DNA of 64,000 nucleotides from an uncultured virus (IMG/VR IMGVR_UViG_3300022555_000035) (taxonomy: Duplodnaviria > Heunggongvirae > Uroviricota > Caudoviricetes), in IMG/VR virus record IMGVR_UViG_3300022555_000035; one strand, written 5' to 3'. This document shows, in pieces, positions 19,553-29,853 of the stretch. The notes beneath the pieces are model-generated. The model was not told the origin of the DNA. It made no database searches and saw only the letters and a program-made list of their open reading frames with translations. The translations under genes were made by a program, and so were the position numbers. Numbering within the stretch: the stretch's first letter is position 1; every line of letters begins with the position of its first letter.

Positions 19553-20554
19553 TTATTTTTTGAAAGGCAATGCAGTTGATGTTGCTGCAGCAGAGATAGG
19601 AGCTCCTACGGAAGGTTTGGTTGTTTTCGCGGGCTCCGTCTCAGCCGCATGCGCCGCTTTTGCCGCGTTCGTCTGAGAGAGAAACGCTCGCTTGTCTTCG
19701 ATGAGCTTGATGATCTTTCCGATGGTAGGTTCTTCGATAAAGGATCCCAGCGCCATATAACGCGACTTGGCATTGACTTTTCCTGCAGGCTGTACTTGTA
19801 GGTACCTTTTCTGGACCTTGTTACCATCGACATCAACAGCATCTTTAACATGCATATAGCCGACGATGTCGAGGAACCCGCAAACCTCATCGGATAGTTT
19901 ACCTGGCAATGACGGTTTAATTGTAGTAGATCCATCTTTTTCATCTTTTACCGTCACGTCCAGGCAACAAAATATAGTATGCATTGGAATATCACGGAAA
20001 GCACGAACCAGAAGACGCATTTTCTCAGCATTAATCCCCCACTGCTTAAACTCCGGTTGTTTGTTCTCCGTAGTAAGCTTCGCCGTATTGATGTCGACTC
20101 CGAGAATATCATACATACAATACTTCTGAACTTCTGTCAAAGAGTCGACAACGATTGTACGATACAGTGTAGGTGTTTTGATTCGATCGAAGGCTTCGGC
20201 ATCAGGGATATCATTGACATATGCTTCAAGTCTACGCAGTTTGTCAAAGGTATCCTGATACTCGGGAGTGCCCTTTTTCTGATCTTCCAACAAGTCACGA
20301 AGCCGTGCATGATTCCTCGCGAACTCATACAGGCGAGTGAACTGTGCGAAGGTATTGATTCGGAATACGTCGAGTTCGATATTGAAGTCCCTTACGGACT
20401 TAGTGCCGCCCTCAGCATCTGCATAGAATACGTTTTTGGTCGTATCACACTGTTGAGCTGTCGCAGCAAGGACTGTCTTACCAGTACCGAAGGGACCGTA
20501 AATTAGCATGTTCAACCATTCAGCTTTTGTCGACGGTTTACGATCTTCGATCAT
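19553..20554 (-). CDS. Sak4-like AAA ATPase (ssDNA annealing)
   Basis: LIYGPFGTGKT, DAEGG, VVDSLT, DIVGY motifs. Confidence 0.8.
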   Translation of the reverse strand: MIEDRKPSTKAEWLNMLIYGPFGTGKTVLAATAQQCDTTKNVFYADAEGGTKSVRDFNIELDVFRINTFAQFTRLYEFARNHARLRDLLEDQKKGTPEYQDTFDKLRRLEAYVNDIPDAEAFDRIKTPTLYRTIVVDSLTEVQKYCMYDILGVDINTAKLTTENKQPEFKQWGINAEKMRLLVRAFRDIPMHTIFCCLDVTVKDEKDGSTTIKPSLPGKLSDEVCGFLDIVGYMHVKDAVDVDGNKVQKRYLQVQPAGKVNAKSRYMALGSFIEEPTIGKIIKLIEDKRAFLSQTNAAKAAHAAETEPAKTTKPSVGAPISAAATSTALPFKK

Positions 20555-20613
20555 ATGATAACCTCCTTACTATGTTCCTTAAATATACGTTTCCCCACTT
20601 TATAGCCCTCCTC

Positions 20614-21663
20614 TCATGCGTCATTATCGACGAGAGCGGTTTCTGCTTTGTCTTCGCGTTTCTTGAACATTGAAGACAGCAGATACCCAGGATCGGAACC
20701 GTCTTCCATTGCCATGCACACTGACCTAAAGTCGCAATCCCATGCACAGTCTTTGGTAGGATTCGGGTACAAGACAAGATCTGGTCGACTCATATCTACA
20801 TACTCGTGATAGATACGAAGCCCCTGGTTCTTGATCTCGTACTGGTTACGCCTGACTCTCTCGCGCACGAAGAAAGTGTTACCCTTCTCCTGCAGGTGAT
20901 CTAAGATACCCCGATAGTCATCTATAGGAACCTGTTTATTTAAGGCTGCGTAATGATCGGTCAACGCCTTCAGATACACTTCATACGTTGAATCGATCGA
21001 TTTGTTCTGCGACAGATGTCCGTTCTTGAGAACCTCTGGCTGCCGAGGGACTCGTTTTCGCAGAATATTGTAAATGACTCCTTCCAGTTGAACGCCGTAA
21101 ATTTGCTGCGCTGCCCAAATGTAAGAGCCGACCTGTTCATCGAGAGGCAATTTCGTCGTATCGACAGCTGCTGCCGTCTTATGCTCGAGTAGCCATAAAC
21201 CACCTGTGATATCTTTTACGATGCCGTCGATGCGTCCAACATAGTTCACGCCTGTAGCGTTCCCTTCGGGATCAACAATTGGTACGCAAAACTCGTGCTC
21301 GGTAGCGACTACTTCGTTGAAATACTTGTCATCTTCGATACGACTCCAGATAGCGTAATGCTGCATCATGCCTAAGCCGAGATCAATTGCTTCCTGGATC
21401 ATTCCCATCTGCTCTTCCCACAGACCTACTGTTTCTTGGATACGAGTAACTTCCTCTTTACTCCACTCATTGAAAGCTACCATGGGATGAATACCTTTTT
21501 CATAGTATTCTGATAACGCGAAATGGACACCAGTCCCTAACCACAATTTGTCATTGACTCTGTCGGGTATCAAGTTCTGTCTCATATAGGACCCAAGATT
21601 CCAACGGCGACGGCAGCGCTTAAAGCTAATGCGATCCGAAGTGTGCACATTTTTCATATTCAT
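20614..21663 (-). CDS. PD-(D/E)XK exonuclease (RecB/Cas4-like)
   Basis: CRRRW, GTGVH, GRIDG...EHKT, Q..SY, C.WDC.F..VC. Confidence 0.85.
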   Translation of the reverse strand: MNMKNVHTSDRISFKRCRRRWNLGSYMRQNLIPDRVNDKLWLGTGVHFALSEYYEKGIHPMVAFNEWSKEEVTRIQETVGLWEEQMGMIQEAIDLGLGMMQHYAIWSRIEDDKYFNEVVATEHEFCVPIVDPEGNATGVNYVGRIDGIVKDITGGLWLLEHKTAAAVDTTKLPLDEQVGSYIWAAQQIYGVQLEGVIYNILRKRVPRQPEVLKNGHLSQNKSIDSTYEVYLKALTDHYAALNKQVPIDDYRGILDHLQEKGNTFFVRERVRRNQYEIKNQGLRIYHEYVDMSRPDLVLYPNPTKDCAWDCDFRSVCMAMEDGSDPGYLLSSMFKKREDKAETALVDNDA

Positions 21664-21678
21664 TACTACATACCTCCC

Positions 21679-21753
21679 TTAATTGTTTTTGGGGACAACT
21701 AAAGCAACTACTGTAATATAGTTGCTAATTGCTGTAAGATTACACGATATCAT
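21679..21753 (-). CDS. Possible 24-aa peptide
   Basis: GGAGG RBS; MISCNLTAISNYITVVALVVPKNN*. Confidence 0.3.
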   Translation of the reverse strand: MISCNLTAISNYITVVALVVPKNN

Positions 21754-21983
21754 ATTCTAACCTCCATGGGTTTTAATTTCTTTGTATGGGTGCTCAGCTG
21801 CGTCCAGCGATCCGTCTAGCTCTACTTGGTCGTACGTACTTCGTAAGGTTAGCACCCTTGATGACGGCTGTATCATACACCTGAAACTTATTAGGAACTA
21901 ATAATTTTCCGGAGGTATACGCTACTAGGATCATCCGCCAAATGGCCTCCGGAAAAGCTGAAGATGAAACTGTGTTATATATA

Positions 21984-22012
21984 ATTATACTACAATTTTC
22001 GCGAAAAGTCAA
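21984..22012 (-). promoter_or_regulatory. sigma70/sigmaA-type promoter
   Basis: TTGACT-17 bp-TATAAT. Confidence 0.75.
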
Positions 22013-22015
22013 CTG

Positions 22016-22588
22016 TTATTGTGTATCTTGAGAAACATCCTTGGCAGGGACTGTAAATCCGGGCTGATTCAACTTTGTGCGCGACACGACAAATGCTCCG
22101 ATACCTTGCATCATTACTTTTACTAGGTACTGTCCGAGAATAGCCATTGGTACAAATTGCCAAGGTACGAAACCGGCACCCCAAGGAGATAAACCTATTG
22201 TAACGAAGAGTGCTGAATCAATCAATCCACCTACGACGCCGCTCCACCAGATACGTTCTGCAAATGAAAACTTAGCTTTGAGACGAGTATACATTTCTGT
22301 GTCGCTAGTTTCTGAAGCCGCGAACGCGATGCAGCTGGCGACAGTTATCATGATTGAATCGCCGAGCAGTTTTGAAAAGATAGCTGACAATACCAGCGCC
22401 GCACAAATCACTTTGTATGTGAACACTCTGTCATATTGCAGCTGAACGAAGTCTCGCAACACAAACGTTGCACCGATGAAAAATGATCCCCATGGTATCA
22501 AGAATATCCACAACTTGAAAGGATGGGTCGCCGCCGTGACAACATTAGCAATTACGATTGATACGATGTACAAGAATACCCATTTCAT
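22016..22588 (-). CDS. yhhQ: YhhQ/VUT-family preQ0/preQ1 transporter-like membrane protein
   Basis: Multi-TM; ANV, G..F..RD.VQ, AS..AF..SE..D, R...S..VG..IDS.LF...G motifs; que genes nearby. Confidence 0.75.
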   Translation of the reverse strand: MKWVFLYIVSIVIANVVTAATHPFKLWIFLIPWGSFFIGATFVLRDFVQLQYDRVFTYKVICAALVLSAIFSKLLGDSIMITVASCIAFAASETSDTEMYTRLKAKFSFAERIWWSGVVGGLIDSALFVTIGLSPWGAGFVPWQFVPMAILGQYLVKVMMQGIGAFVVSRTKLNQPGFTVPAKDVSQDTQ

Positions 22589-22615
22589 AAAATTCTCCTA
22601 CCTTTTCATTCTCGC

Positions 22616-22637
22616 TATATATATATATATATATATA
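22616..22637. repeat. (TA)11 microsatellite
   Basis: Pure TA tract just upstream of the yhhQ RBS. Confidence 0.9.
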
Positions 22638-22651
22638 GAACTTGAAAAGTT

Positions 22652-23038
22652 CTACCAGAAACGTCTCTTTCCAATAACGAAGTCTGATTTTTTATGGTCA
22701 GGTCTAGGAATCTTTTCTAGAGCTTCAATTTCTTCGGGTGTAGCTTGTCTTACTTCCACAGGATGTAGCGGAACAAAAGGTTTCATCTTCATCAGAAAAG
22801 GACTATGTCCTGGCGTAGTAAGCTCTGATACGTTTGTTTTTACAGGAGACGTATGTGTTAAACCGTTCTCTTTCATGAAATTAGATAGCCAAGCAGTACT
22901 ACACCCTAGTAAATCTGCAACTACTTTAATCGGTTCGTTGCTGTTAACCGCGAGATGCTGCTGTACTTGTTCTAGCGTCGGCATCTTGCGATTCGATGTT
23001 TTCTTCTTATGTGCTGCCATCAATAGTAACCTCCTCAA
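22652..23038 (-). CDS. HTH-containing hypothetical protein (likely start near 23020)
   Basis: IKVVADLLGCSTAWLSNFM helix-turn-helix. Confidence 0.55.
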   Translation of the reverse strand: MRRLLLMAAHKKKTSNRKMPTLEQVQQHLAVNSNEPIKVVADLLGCSTAWLSNFMKENGLTHTSPVKTNVSELTTPGHSPFLMKMKPFVPLHPVEVRQATPEEIEALEKIPRPDHKKSDFVIGKRRFW

Positions 23039-23112
23039 TTGGTACGAGCGGTAGCCTTTTCTGCTCCCGAATATCTACACTAGTCGACATGATACTTGCA
23101 AACTTATTTGCT

Positions 23113-23307
23113 TTAGCCACCATTTATACTACCTCCTTTATCACGTTCAAGTCTCTCGACACATTGTATTACTATATCAGTGTTACGCGCGGTAGACCGT
23201 AAAGAGCACCTGTGTGAATCTTCATCCCAAATAGCACACTTGTCAGTCACACAAAATTGTGTCCAGGGGTTGGCACATCTGAACGGACAAAGTTTTTTCT
23301 CTTCCAC
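23113..23307 (-). CDS. Small Cys-rich protein
   Basis: CPF...C..DKCAIW...CS. Confidence 0.5.
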   Translation of the reverse strand: MEEKKLCPFRCANPWTQFCVTDKCAIWDEDSHRCSLRSTARNTDIVIQCVERLERDKGGSINGG

Positions 23308-23440
23308 GTTACGATCCCCCTTCTATAATACTTACTTGATTTCTAATACTTCAGGAGACGTATCTTTCTAGATTCATTCCGGAGCTAGGAAGCATAAGCT
23401 TAACGCGATACAAAATAAGATCCATTATTTTTCCCCTAAT

Positions 23441-25105
23441 TCAGCTATCATCCTCCCTAAGTAAAGCTGTCATTACTCGTTCCATTGCCATTGTCTGTGT
23501 AATCATATCATCTTTGGTAGCAATTACTTCATTGATGTATTCTTCGATTGTACCCTTACAAGTTATCGACATTATCAGAGGACTCTTTGTCTGGCCCATA
23601 CGATGTACTCTGTCTTCTGCCTGATGCATCTCTGCCGGCGTCCAAGGCTTGTCGAGAAATAAAACATTATGTGCATATTGTAGATTTAAACCTTCACCAC
23701 CAGTAGAAGTGGTAATCATGAACAAGTTAATGTCCGGATCGTGTTCGAACTGATGCTTGTTTTGCTCGCGTACGCCTGAAGGAGTCTCGCCGGTCGTTAA
23801 AACGTGTTTGATTTTCTTTCGTGTAAGTTCCTCTGATAGTATTTTGAGATAAGATTTGAAGAAGCTAAATACAATAAGCTTTTCTCCAGTCTCTATAAAC
23901 TCATCTATAATATCAAAGAAAGCAGCTGTCTTTGCACTATCAGAGAACCCAGCTCCTACTAAAGACGGAGAACAGCAAATCTGTCGAAGCCTTACCATCA
24001 GTGATACTACGTTAACTGTTACAACACTGTTGCCGTTTTCAAACTCGACCAGCATTTCTTTTTTCAACTGTTTGTACAGTTTCTTTTGTGCCGGTTCTAA
24101 ATCAATTCGAATGTTCTTGTAAATCTTGTCTGGCAGCTCTGGTAGCACATCTTTCTTTTCCCTACGTACCATTATACCAGCTAGGATAAACTGCAGATGA
24201 TCCAGATTCTTGACACCTGTAATCTTAGGTACATTAGCGAATGGATTCTCTTCTAACTGACAAAATCGATCGACGAAAGTCCAATACGAAGAGAACCTAA
24301 GCGGATCAGTCATATGAAGTATTGGAAACAATTCCTGTGGAGCATTCACCATAGGCGTACCAGTCAGAAAAACTGCGCGCTGCGCCTGGGAGACTAACTT
24401 GATAGCACCTCCCGTGCGTTTTGCCCTTTTATTTTTTAGTCTGTGCGCCTCATCAAATACCACAATGTCAAAAGTAATATGCCATAACCCAGGCAAATCA
24501 ACCCGTTTTCCATTCTTCACCTCAGGTGCACGCGCGGATTCATAGTTAGTTATTATAAAACGTTCTGTACCTTGAAGTAGCTTTTCTTTCTGTGCTCGAT
24601 TGCCTTTAACTTGTGTAAATGTTTTTTCTCCTGTAACCCACTTTTCACCCTCGTCTTCCCAGTCCTGCATTTTTGCTTTGCTGCATATGATAAGAACCTT
24701 TGCAGGTTCTAAATCATTAATGTATGCATATGTTTCAACTGTCTTACCAGTACCCATTGCGTTAGCGTTCAATACAATAGGTACAGCTTTCATAAACTCG
24801 ACATCGACTCGTTGGAAAGGACGAAGTCTACTGTCTCCAGGTGCATCGGCCTGTTCTAGAATCTTTACGACGTCTTTGGTAGCTTGTAACTTTTGCTCTA
24901 CCCAGTCTTGAACATCTTGAGCAACGATAGCGCACATTTTTTGTAACCTATACACGTAGATATTGTCGAGAGGTAACGTAAAAGTACGCGGTAATACTGA
25001 AGTAACAGCGCCAGGAAAATTTTGCATTATCTGACTTGAAGGAGCATCTGTAACAACTAGTCTAACAGGTATATCTGCCGCGTTACGTTTAAAGGATACT
25101 TCCAT
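23441..25105 (-). CDS. SNF2-family helicase/ATPase
   Basis: MGTGKT, DEAHRLKN, LTGTP, GGEGLNL, QAEDRVHRMGQ. Confidence 0.93.
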   Translation of the reverse strand: MEVSFKRNAADIPVRLVVTDAPSSQIMQNFPGAVTSVLPRTFTLPLDNIYVYRLQKMCAIVAQDVQDWVEQKLQATKDVVKILEQADAPGDSRLRPFQRVDVEFMKAVPIVLNANAMGTGKTVETYAYINDLEPAKVLIICSKAKMQDWEDEGEKWVTGEKTFTQVKGNRAQKEKLLQGTERFIITNYESARAPEVKNGKRVDLPGLWHITFDIVVFDEAHRLKNKRAKRTGGAIKLVSQAQRAVFLTGTPMVNAPQELFPILHMTDPLRFSSYWTFVDRFCQLEENPFANVPKITGVKNLDHLQFILAGIMVRREKKDVLPELPDKIYKNIRIDLEPAQKKLYKQLKKEMLVEFENGNSVVTVNVVSLMVRLRQICCSPSLVGAGFSDSAKTAAFFDIIDEFIETGEKLIVFSFFKSYLKILSEELTRKKIKHVLTTGETPSGVREQNKHQFEHDPDINLFMITTSTGGEGLNLQYAHNVLFLDKPWTPAEMHQAEDRVHRMGQTKSPLIMSITCKGTIEEYINEVIATKDDMITQTMAMERVMTALLREDDS

Positions 25106-25122
25106 GGAACCCGATCAACTCC

Positions 25123-25548
25123 TTACCCTCCTGGGGCAATCTTATCTTTGCCGAAACGTAGAAAGTACATTCCGTGTCGAATTGCATCCTTAGCATGTTT
25201 TGATGGAGAAGTGATACCGCACGCTTTCAGTCTATCATCAGTAAAGAATACACGCTGTGCAGGTCCTTGACCGATACAGGGTATATCTAACTCCTCTGCG
25301 ATGAATTTAATAACGCCAATTACCTCACACGGTAGAAAAGTGTTCCATGAAAGAGACTGTGCTTTCCAGGCATATAATTGAAAAGTTTCAAAAACAATTA
25401 CGTCAGGCTGAAATTTGTTTATTGTATCTTTGACTCCGTGCCAATCGGGAATTTCACCCGCAGCTATGAGCTTTTGTTCTGTGTTAGTACCTTCAAGAAT
25501 ACACCAGCCAGTACTTTTACCTGGGTCGTAACTTAATACGCGCATCAT
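25123..25548 (-). CDS. RuvC-like Holliday junction resolvase
   Basis: LSYDPGKSTGW, IVFE, HAKDA. Confidence 0.8.
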   Translation of the reverse strand: MMRVLSYDPGKSTGWCILEGTNTEQKLIAAGEIPDWHGVKDTINKFQPDVIVFETFQLYAWKAQSLSWNTFLPCEVIGVIKFIAEELDIPCIGQGPAQRVFFTDDRLKACGITSPSKHAKDAIRHGMYFLRFGKDKIAPGG

Positions 25549-25778
25549 TTGATTTTAGATTCTAGTTCTATTAGTTCTAGCGTTTCGAAGAAGTAGATGA
25601 CATTGTTGTAAAATGTCTGGTAGCCTATGCAGCTATGACGATAGAACAACGGCGTCATTTTAATCATGTTGCCAGTTACATCGCGGAAGTATGGGGTCAA
25701 CATTCTCTCAACCTTAGTATCTGGATACTTTTGTTCGAGATACTGTCTGAGAATATCATGCGCCATTCCTTTGTGCAC
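25545..25778 (-). CDS. Hypothetical protein
   Basis: AAGGAG RBS; coupled to the resolvase gene. Confidence 0.55.
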   Translation of the reverse strand: MHKGMAHDILRQYLEQKYPDTKVERMLTPYFRDVTGNMIKMTPLFYRHSCIGYQTFYNNVIYFFETLELIELESKIK

Positions 25779-25881
25779 TCCTTCTTCTTAATAGATTTGT
25801 ACCCCCAACAACGTCTTTTTGAATTACACGTGCTGGGGGTACATCTTGCTTCCTAAGCGGCCATCGGCTGAACGGGGGCGA

Positions 25882-26340
25882 TTATGCCTCGATGACTTCG
25901 CCTTGAGCTACGGAGAATACTTTTTTCTTGCCGCGTCCAACGGTGGGCAGCGGAGTTCTGGCTGCTTCAGCTTCTGCAAGCAGCTTTGCCAGGAATTCTT
26001 TCTTCGCAGCTTTTTCGGCTTCTTTCTCAGCGATCTTGGCCGCAGCTCTCTCCAACCGGGCCGCCATCTTCTGCTCAAGAGTCAATACACTCGCGGGTTT
26101 CTTTTCGCCTTTATCTTTGGCAACCAGTGTTACGTCAGTCTCGCTATACATGGCACGATGTTTTCCGAACTCCGAGCGGCCCAGGATGGACGCGGAGCGA
26201 TAACCTTCGGCGACGATGTCGGAAACGAGTTCGCCCTTGTATGAGGTCTGTACGCCGTAGTGATACTTTTCGTCGACGATGGTCTGCTTCGCGGTCGTTA
26301 CCAATTCACCAATTTGACGATGATACAGAATAGCTTCCAT
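25882..26340 (-). CDS. Hypothetical protein with Ala/Lys/Glu-rich C-terminus
   Basis: AGGAG RBS before ATG 26340, downstream of a promoter. Confidence 0.65.
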   Translation of the reverse strand: MEAILYHRQIGELVTTAKQTIVDEKYHYGVQTSYKGELVSDIVAEGYRSASILGRSEFGKHRAMYSETDVTLVAKDKGEKKPASVLTLEQKMAARLERAAAKIAEKEAEKAAKKEFLAKLLAEAEAARTPLPTVGRGKKKVFSVAQGEVIEA

Positions 26341-26401
26341 GAATAAGCACTCTCCTCTTTTTTTTTTATTGTGAAATTTTTGAACTCCTGTTCTATCTAT
26401 T

Positions 26402-26430
26402 ATTATATAGCAGTTACTCGAAATAGTCAA
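26402..26430 (-). promoter_or_regulatory. sigma70/sigmaA-type promoter
   Basis: TTGACT-17 bp-TATAAT. Confidence 0.75.
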
Positions 26431-26452
26431 CAAGAAATTTTACTGTCGCTGG

Positions 26453-26947
26453 TTAAGAAAATAACCCATTATCGGCGCGAATTCTTTTCCTCGCAGCTCC
26501 GGCAAACTGGTCCACTCGGTTATTCCAAAAGCTATCCCGATGGCCTTTTATATGCGTCCATATAATTGTAAACCCCCTTCCCTGCAACTCGTTAACCAAT
26601 ACGAATAATTCGGTCCATAAGTCTTTATTTAATACTGGTCCTGCAGATCCTACCCACTCACTAGCAAACCATTTTTTATACCATTTCTGTAAGAAACAGT
26701 TTACTACGTAGGCGCTATCTGTTCGCAGGGTTATGGGCTCTTCTGGTTTCGGTATCAGTATTTTACCGCACATACGTAAGCCTTTGATTACGGCTTCAAG
26801 TTCCATTCGATTGTTAGTAGTTTCTTGGCGTGACTGGTTTTCCTCAGCGATTAAGCATGCTTCGTCTGTTTCGCCGTTAGTGATGCAGAACGCCCAGCCT
26901 CCGAAACCTTTTTTATCACTCGATCCATCCGTCCACAGGTAAACCAT
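26453..26947 (-). CDS. rnhA: Ribonuclease HI
   Basis: TDGS, TTNNRMEL, TDSAYV, NKDLW, HIKGH, N..VD..A. Confidence 0.93.
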   Translation of the reverse strand: MVYLWTDGSSDKKGFGGWAFCITNGETDEACLIAEENQSRQETTNNRMELEAVIKGLRMCGKILIPKPEEPITLRTDSAYVVNCFLQKWYKKWFASEWVGSAGPVLNKDLWTELFVLVNELQGRGFTIIWTHIKGHRDSFWNNRVDQFAGAARKRIRADNGLFS

Positions 26948-27122
26948 CGACGAGCGCCTCCTTTAGGAGCTTCTGTAATTCACGACACTCAGATTCGTGA
27001 AGTACAAACTCTGTGTAATCCCCGTCCCCCAACACGATACAGAAACGCAATCCCATACCATGTGGTTCAGATACTACGTTAGCAAACTTACTCAGGGGAC
27101 CTGCTACGTGCTGCATTGCCAT
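26916..27122 (-). CDS. Hypothetical protein
   Basis: GAGGAGG RBS. Confidence 0.5.
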   Translation of the reverse strand: MAMQHVAGPLSKFANVVSEPHGMGLRFCIVLGDGDYTEFVLHESECRELQKLLKEALVDGLPVDGWIE

Positions 27123-27669
27123 ATTTGATAAATACCTCCTCTTGTTCTAATTGGCTTACTGGCGGTCGTCCTTCCGTATCCCAGTAAAGCATGTATGCGT
27201 CCATAGTATACTGCATTTGCTGTAGGTATATTATCGCCGCTTTGATAGCATTCTCACGTTGATTTACAGGGATTGGATATTTGACTATAGGTAATATTTT
27301 CCAATCAACAAAAGTAAAAAACTCATGTGGATTAGGCGGCATATATGTTGTGTACGGATGTGTCTGCTCCAAGAAAATCTTTTTATTACCCGTAAGTGCA
27401 ATGTCATAAGTTAGCTGAATCCTGGCCTCCGGAGTAATAGTACATAATTCCCAAGCCCACTCACCCTCATATAACACACTACTTTTTTTACCATATTCAT
27501 CAGGCGTTGGAGACGGCCTCTTTAAGAGAAAAGTAGAAAACAGATGAAACTTATCTATAACAGTAGGAGCTTGTATGGTACCATCAGTTAGTCGGGACTG
27601 CCATCGCACGTGCCCTTGGTAGCCAATTTCAAGTAATTTGGCACGTGCGATTACCGGATATGGTCTCAA
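27088..27669 (-). CDS. Hypothetical protein
   Basis: 193-aa ORF in operon. Confidence 0.6.
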   Translation of the reverse strand: MRPYPVIARAKLLEIGYQGHVRWQSRLTDGTIQAPTVIDKFHLFSTFLLKRPSPTPDEYGKKSSVLYEGEWAWELCTITPEARIQLTYDIALTGNKKIFLEQTHPYTTYMPPNPHEFFTFVDWKILPIVKYPIPVNQRENAIKAAIIYLQQMQYTMDAYMLYWDTEGRPPVSQLEQEEVFIKYGNAARSRSPE

Positions 27670-27881
27670 TTTAAGCCCTCCCCCGATACTTCGAATCCCA
27701 TGAAGATACCTGTTGCATATTCTTTCTTGTTCGCGATCATCCAGTCAGCGGTTTCTTGATATCCGAGTGACTCTGACATACGTAGGACTCCTTGGTAGTC
27801 GAACATATTCAGTACGCCTGAATCGCGTACTACCATGATACCTTCCAGTATCTCCTTAGTTATTTTTATCGTTGTACTCAT
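27666..27881 (-). CDS. DUF5049-like protein
   Basis: I..VRDSG..NMFD...V......G..E...W...NKKEY...I..G. Confidence 0.65.
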   Translation of the reverse strand: MSTTIKITKEILEGIMVVRDSGVLNMFDYQGVLRMSESLGYQETADWMIANKKEYATGIFMGFEVSGEGLN

Positions 27882-28233
27882 GCATTCTCCTTTCAAACTG
27901 CCGAAGATTTAAATTTGGCTTCTTAGCAGTTTTTTGTACTTTTTGTGCCTGCTGTATTATATTGGCGAGTTTGTCTAATACTTTATCGCGAAGCGGTGCG
28001 ATTAAATCGCACAAAGTACTCATTTCAATTTCTGGTAGAAAAGGTTTTATCATCATCGACAAGTGAATGTTAAGACAATATGCTGCGTATTGCATACCTC
28101 CTTGCAAGTACGAAAGCATTTGTTCCTCCTTCGTATCACAGATAAGAAAGATACCATCGGCGATTTCGAACTCCTGGATGTCACCATTGTGTGATATCAG
28201 GATAATCTTTTTGATTGCTATTGAATCTTCCAA
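27856..28233 (-). CDS. Hypothetical protein
   Basis: ORF in operon. Confidence 0.5.
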   Translation of the reverse strand: MEDSIAIKKIILISHNGDIQEFEIADGIFLICDTKEEQMLSYLQGGMQYAAYCLNIHLSMMIKPFLPEIEMSTLCDLIAPLRDKVLDKLANIIQQAQKVQKTAKKPNLNLRQFERRMHEYNDKNN

Positions 28234-28264
28234 TTTCTCGGAATCAAGTTCTATAAATCATCCA

Positions 28265-28651
28265 TTAGCTGTACACCACCTCTTTAAAGATTGCTAACTG
28301 CAGTACCACGTCAGCGTCGTTTGCGTCGTAATTACCTTCGACAATATTACGAAACACTTGCGGATACAGCAGGCTGCACAGCTCCAACGCTTTCTTAAGT
28401 ACTGCCAGATCGAAATCTTTTCGAAGTGTCGGACAGTTCTCGGTAGTCCTAGGCATGTTCGCATCGTACTCTGGATTGTCTACTGTGAAGATTACATCGT
28501 AACCCCGAACAACTGCTATTGCTACTTGCTGCCCTTTTGCATCATATTCGAGACACCACGACGCCGTCATATCGTTGCATTCGACCATTGTAGTTATCAG
28601 ATCATCAATCATTTCATCTGTGAATTCATGTGTTATGGTTACTTTAAACAC
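28265..28651 (-). CDS. Hypothetical phage protein
   Basis: DANDADVVLQLAIF.EVVY C-terminal motif. Confidence 0.6.
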   Translation of the reverse strand: MFKVTITHEFTDEMIDDLITTMVECNDMTASWCLEYDAKGQQVAIAVVRGYDVIFTVDNPEYDANMPRTTENCPTLRKDFDLAVLKKALELCSLLYPQVFRNIVEGNYDANDADVVLQLAIFKEVVYS

Positions 28652-29853
28652 CGCTTAACCCCCTTCAACACTGTTTCTTTGATGCCGCGGAATTCTTTGT
28701 GTGCTTTGACATTGCCTGTGATTATCAATTCCTCGCCTTCTTCAACGAAGAAACTTGATCCTGCTGATTGGAACCAGCTGATTCTGTCGCCATCTTTGGA
28801 AACGAACTTGTGTAACATTGTTATACCGAAAGCATCACTCTCCAAAGCCTGTTTCGTATGTAGTTTTACCTGAATTGTAACTTTCTTACCTAATTCCCCA
28901 AGCCACTTACTTTCGACTGCCTGCTTCTGATTCCGTAGTTCATTTTGCCGAACAATGTTCCAGACTACATAAGGAATCACAGCGAGCCCAGTCAATTTCA
29001 GTGGTACGAGATTATTAGCATACATGTTATCGAGGTTGTACCACATTGTGTCATCGCCGAAGTAATGTTTCTCATTGTCCGGCAATACTTCTTTTCCGAA
29101 CCATGCGAGAATTTTGTCGGCCGCCAGTTCTTCCTCAGGCGTAGGCGGCGGTTCTTGGTCTTTACGATATCCACCCCGTACCGCTCCCATATCCGTATAG
29201 AAGTTATGCAACGCAGCTGTAATGGTTGCTTCGAGTGAATCGTCCTCATAAGCTTTCTTTTTACTGACAAAACCATGTCGCTGTGCCTGTGAGTAGACGT
29301 AGACGAAGATTTTGTCCCACGGTAGATACCGCGATACTGATTGTCCCCGATGCTCATCTTCGGCAAAGATATCAGCCATCTCGTACATTTCCTGAATCTC
29401 GAGAATCCATTCTGCTTGTTGTAGCCAAGACGATGCATCGACTCCCAAGAAGTCTGTGATGCAGTTGCGCCCGACCTGTAGATGCTTGTTGTTATCTTTG
29501 TTCATTACTATGAAGACCTCATTACGTCTTCGATTGGTACAGCAGTGGTCACACATCATATCGCGATCTTGAAACCAAGTTAGTACTGCTTCTCCTGGTA
29601 CCGTACGAATGTACGTGTCTTCCTTAATCATTTCCTTGACTGCTATAAGTACGTACGGTCCAGCAACTGGCGACTTACCGACTAAGTCAACTTCATATCG
29701 CATCGAAACTGTTCCATCTTTTAATGTCACCGTATTCGTACTCAGTATCTGTAACGTTAATCCGTGCACTTTCATTTTCGCTGCTCTCTTGGCAATTCGA
29801 TCTGTCTTCTCACGAAGATACTCAAGACCAAATTCCGAAACTACATGACTCAC
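28639..29853 (-). CDS. Phage protein with Zn-binding motif and C-terminal OB-fold-like region
   Basis: CDHC.TNRRR...QVGRNC..DFLG; C-terminal G.VKAH.EFRG.KET. Confidence 0.65.
   Translation of the reverse strand: MSHVVSEFGLEYLREKTDRIAKRAAKMKVHGLTLQILSTNTVTLKDGTVSMRYEVDLVGKSPVAGPYVLIAVKEMIKEDTYIRTVPGEAVLTWFQDRDMMCDHCCTNRRRNEVFIVMNKDNNKHLQVGRNCITDFLGVDASSWLQQAEWILEIQEMYEMADIFAEDEHRGQSVSRYLPWDKIFVYVYSQAQRHGFVSKKKAYEDDSLEATITAALHNFYTDMGAVRGGYRKDQEPPPTPEEELAADKILAWFGKEVLPDNEKHYFGDDTMWYNLDNMYANNLVPLKLTGLAVIPYVVWNIVRQNELRNQKQAVESKWLGELGKKVTIQVKLHTKQALESDAFGITMLHKFVSKDGDRISWFQSAGSSFFVEEGEELIITGNVKAHKEFRGIKETVLKGVKRCLK

Noticed and set aside
20614..21663. Cas4 as evidence of a CRISPR-Cas system
   Set aside because: It sits in the usual exonuclease-Sak4-SSB recombination module; no other cas genes or array.
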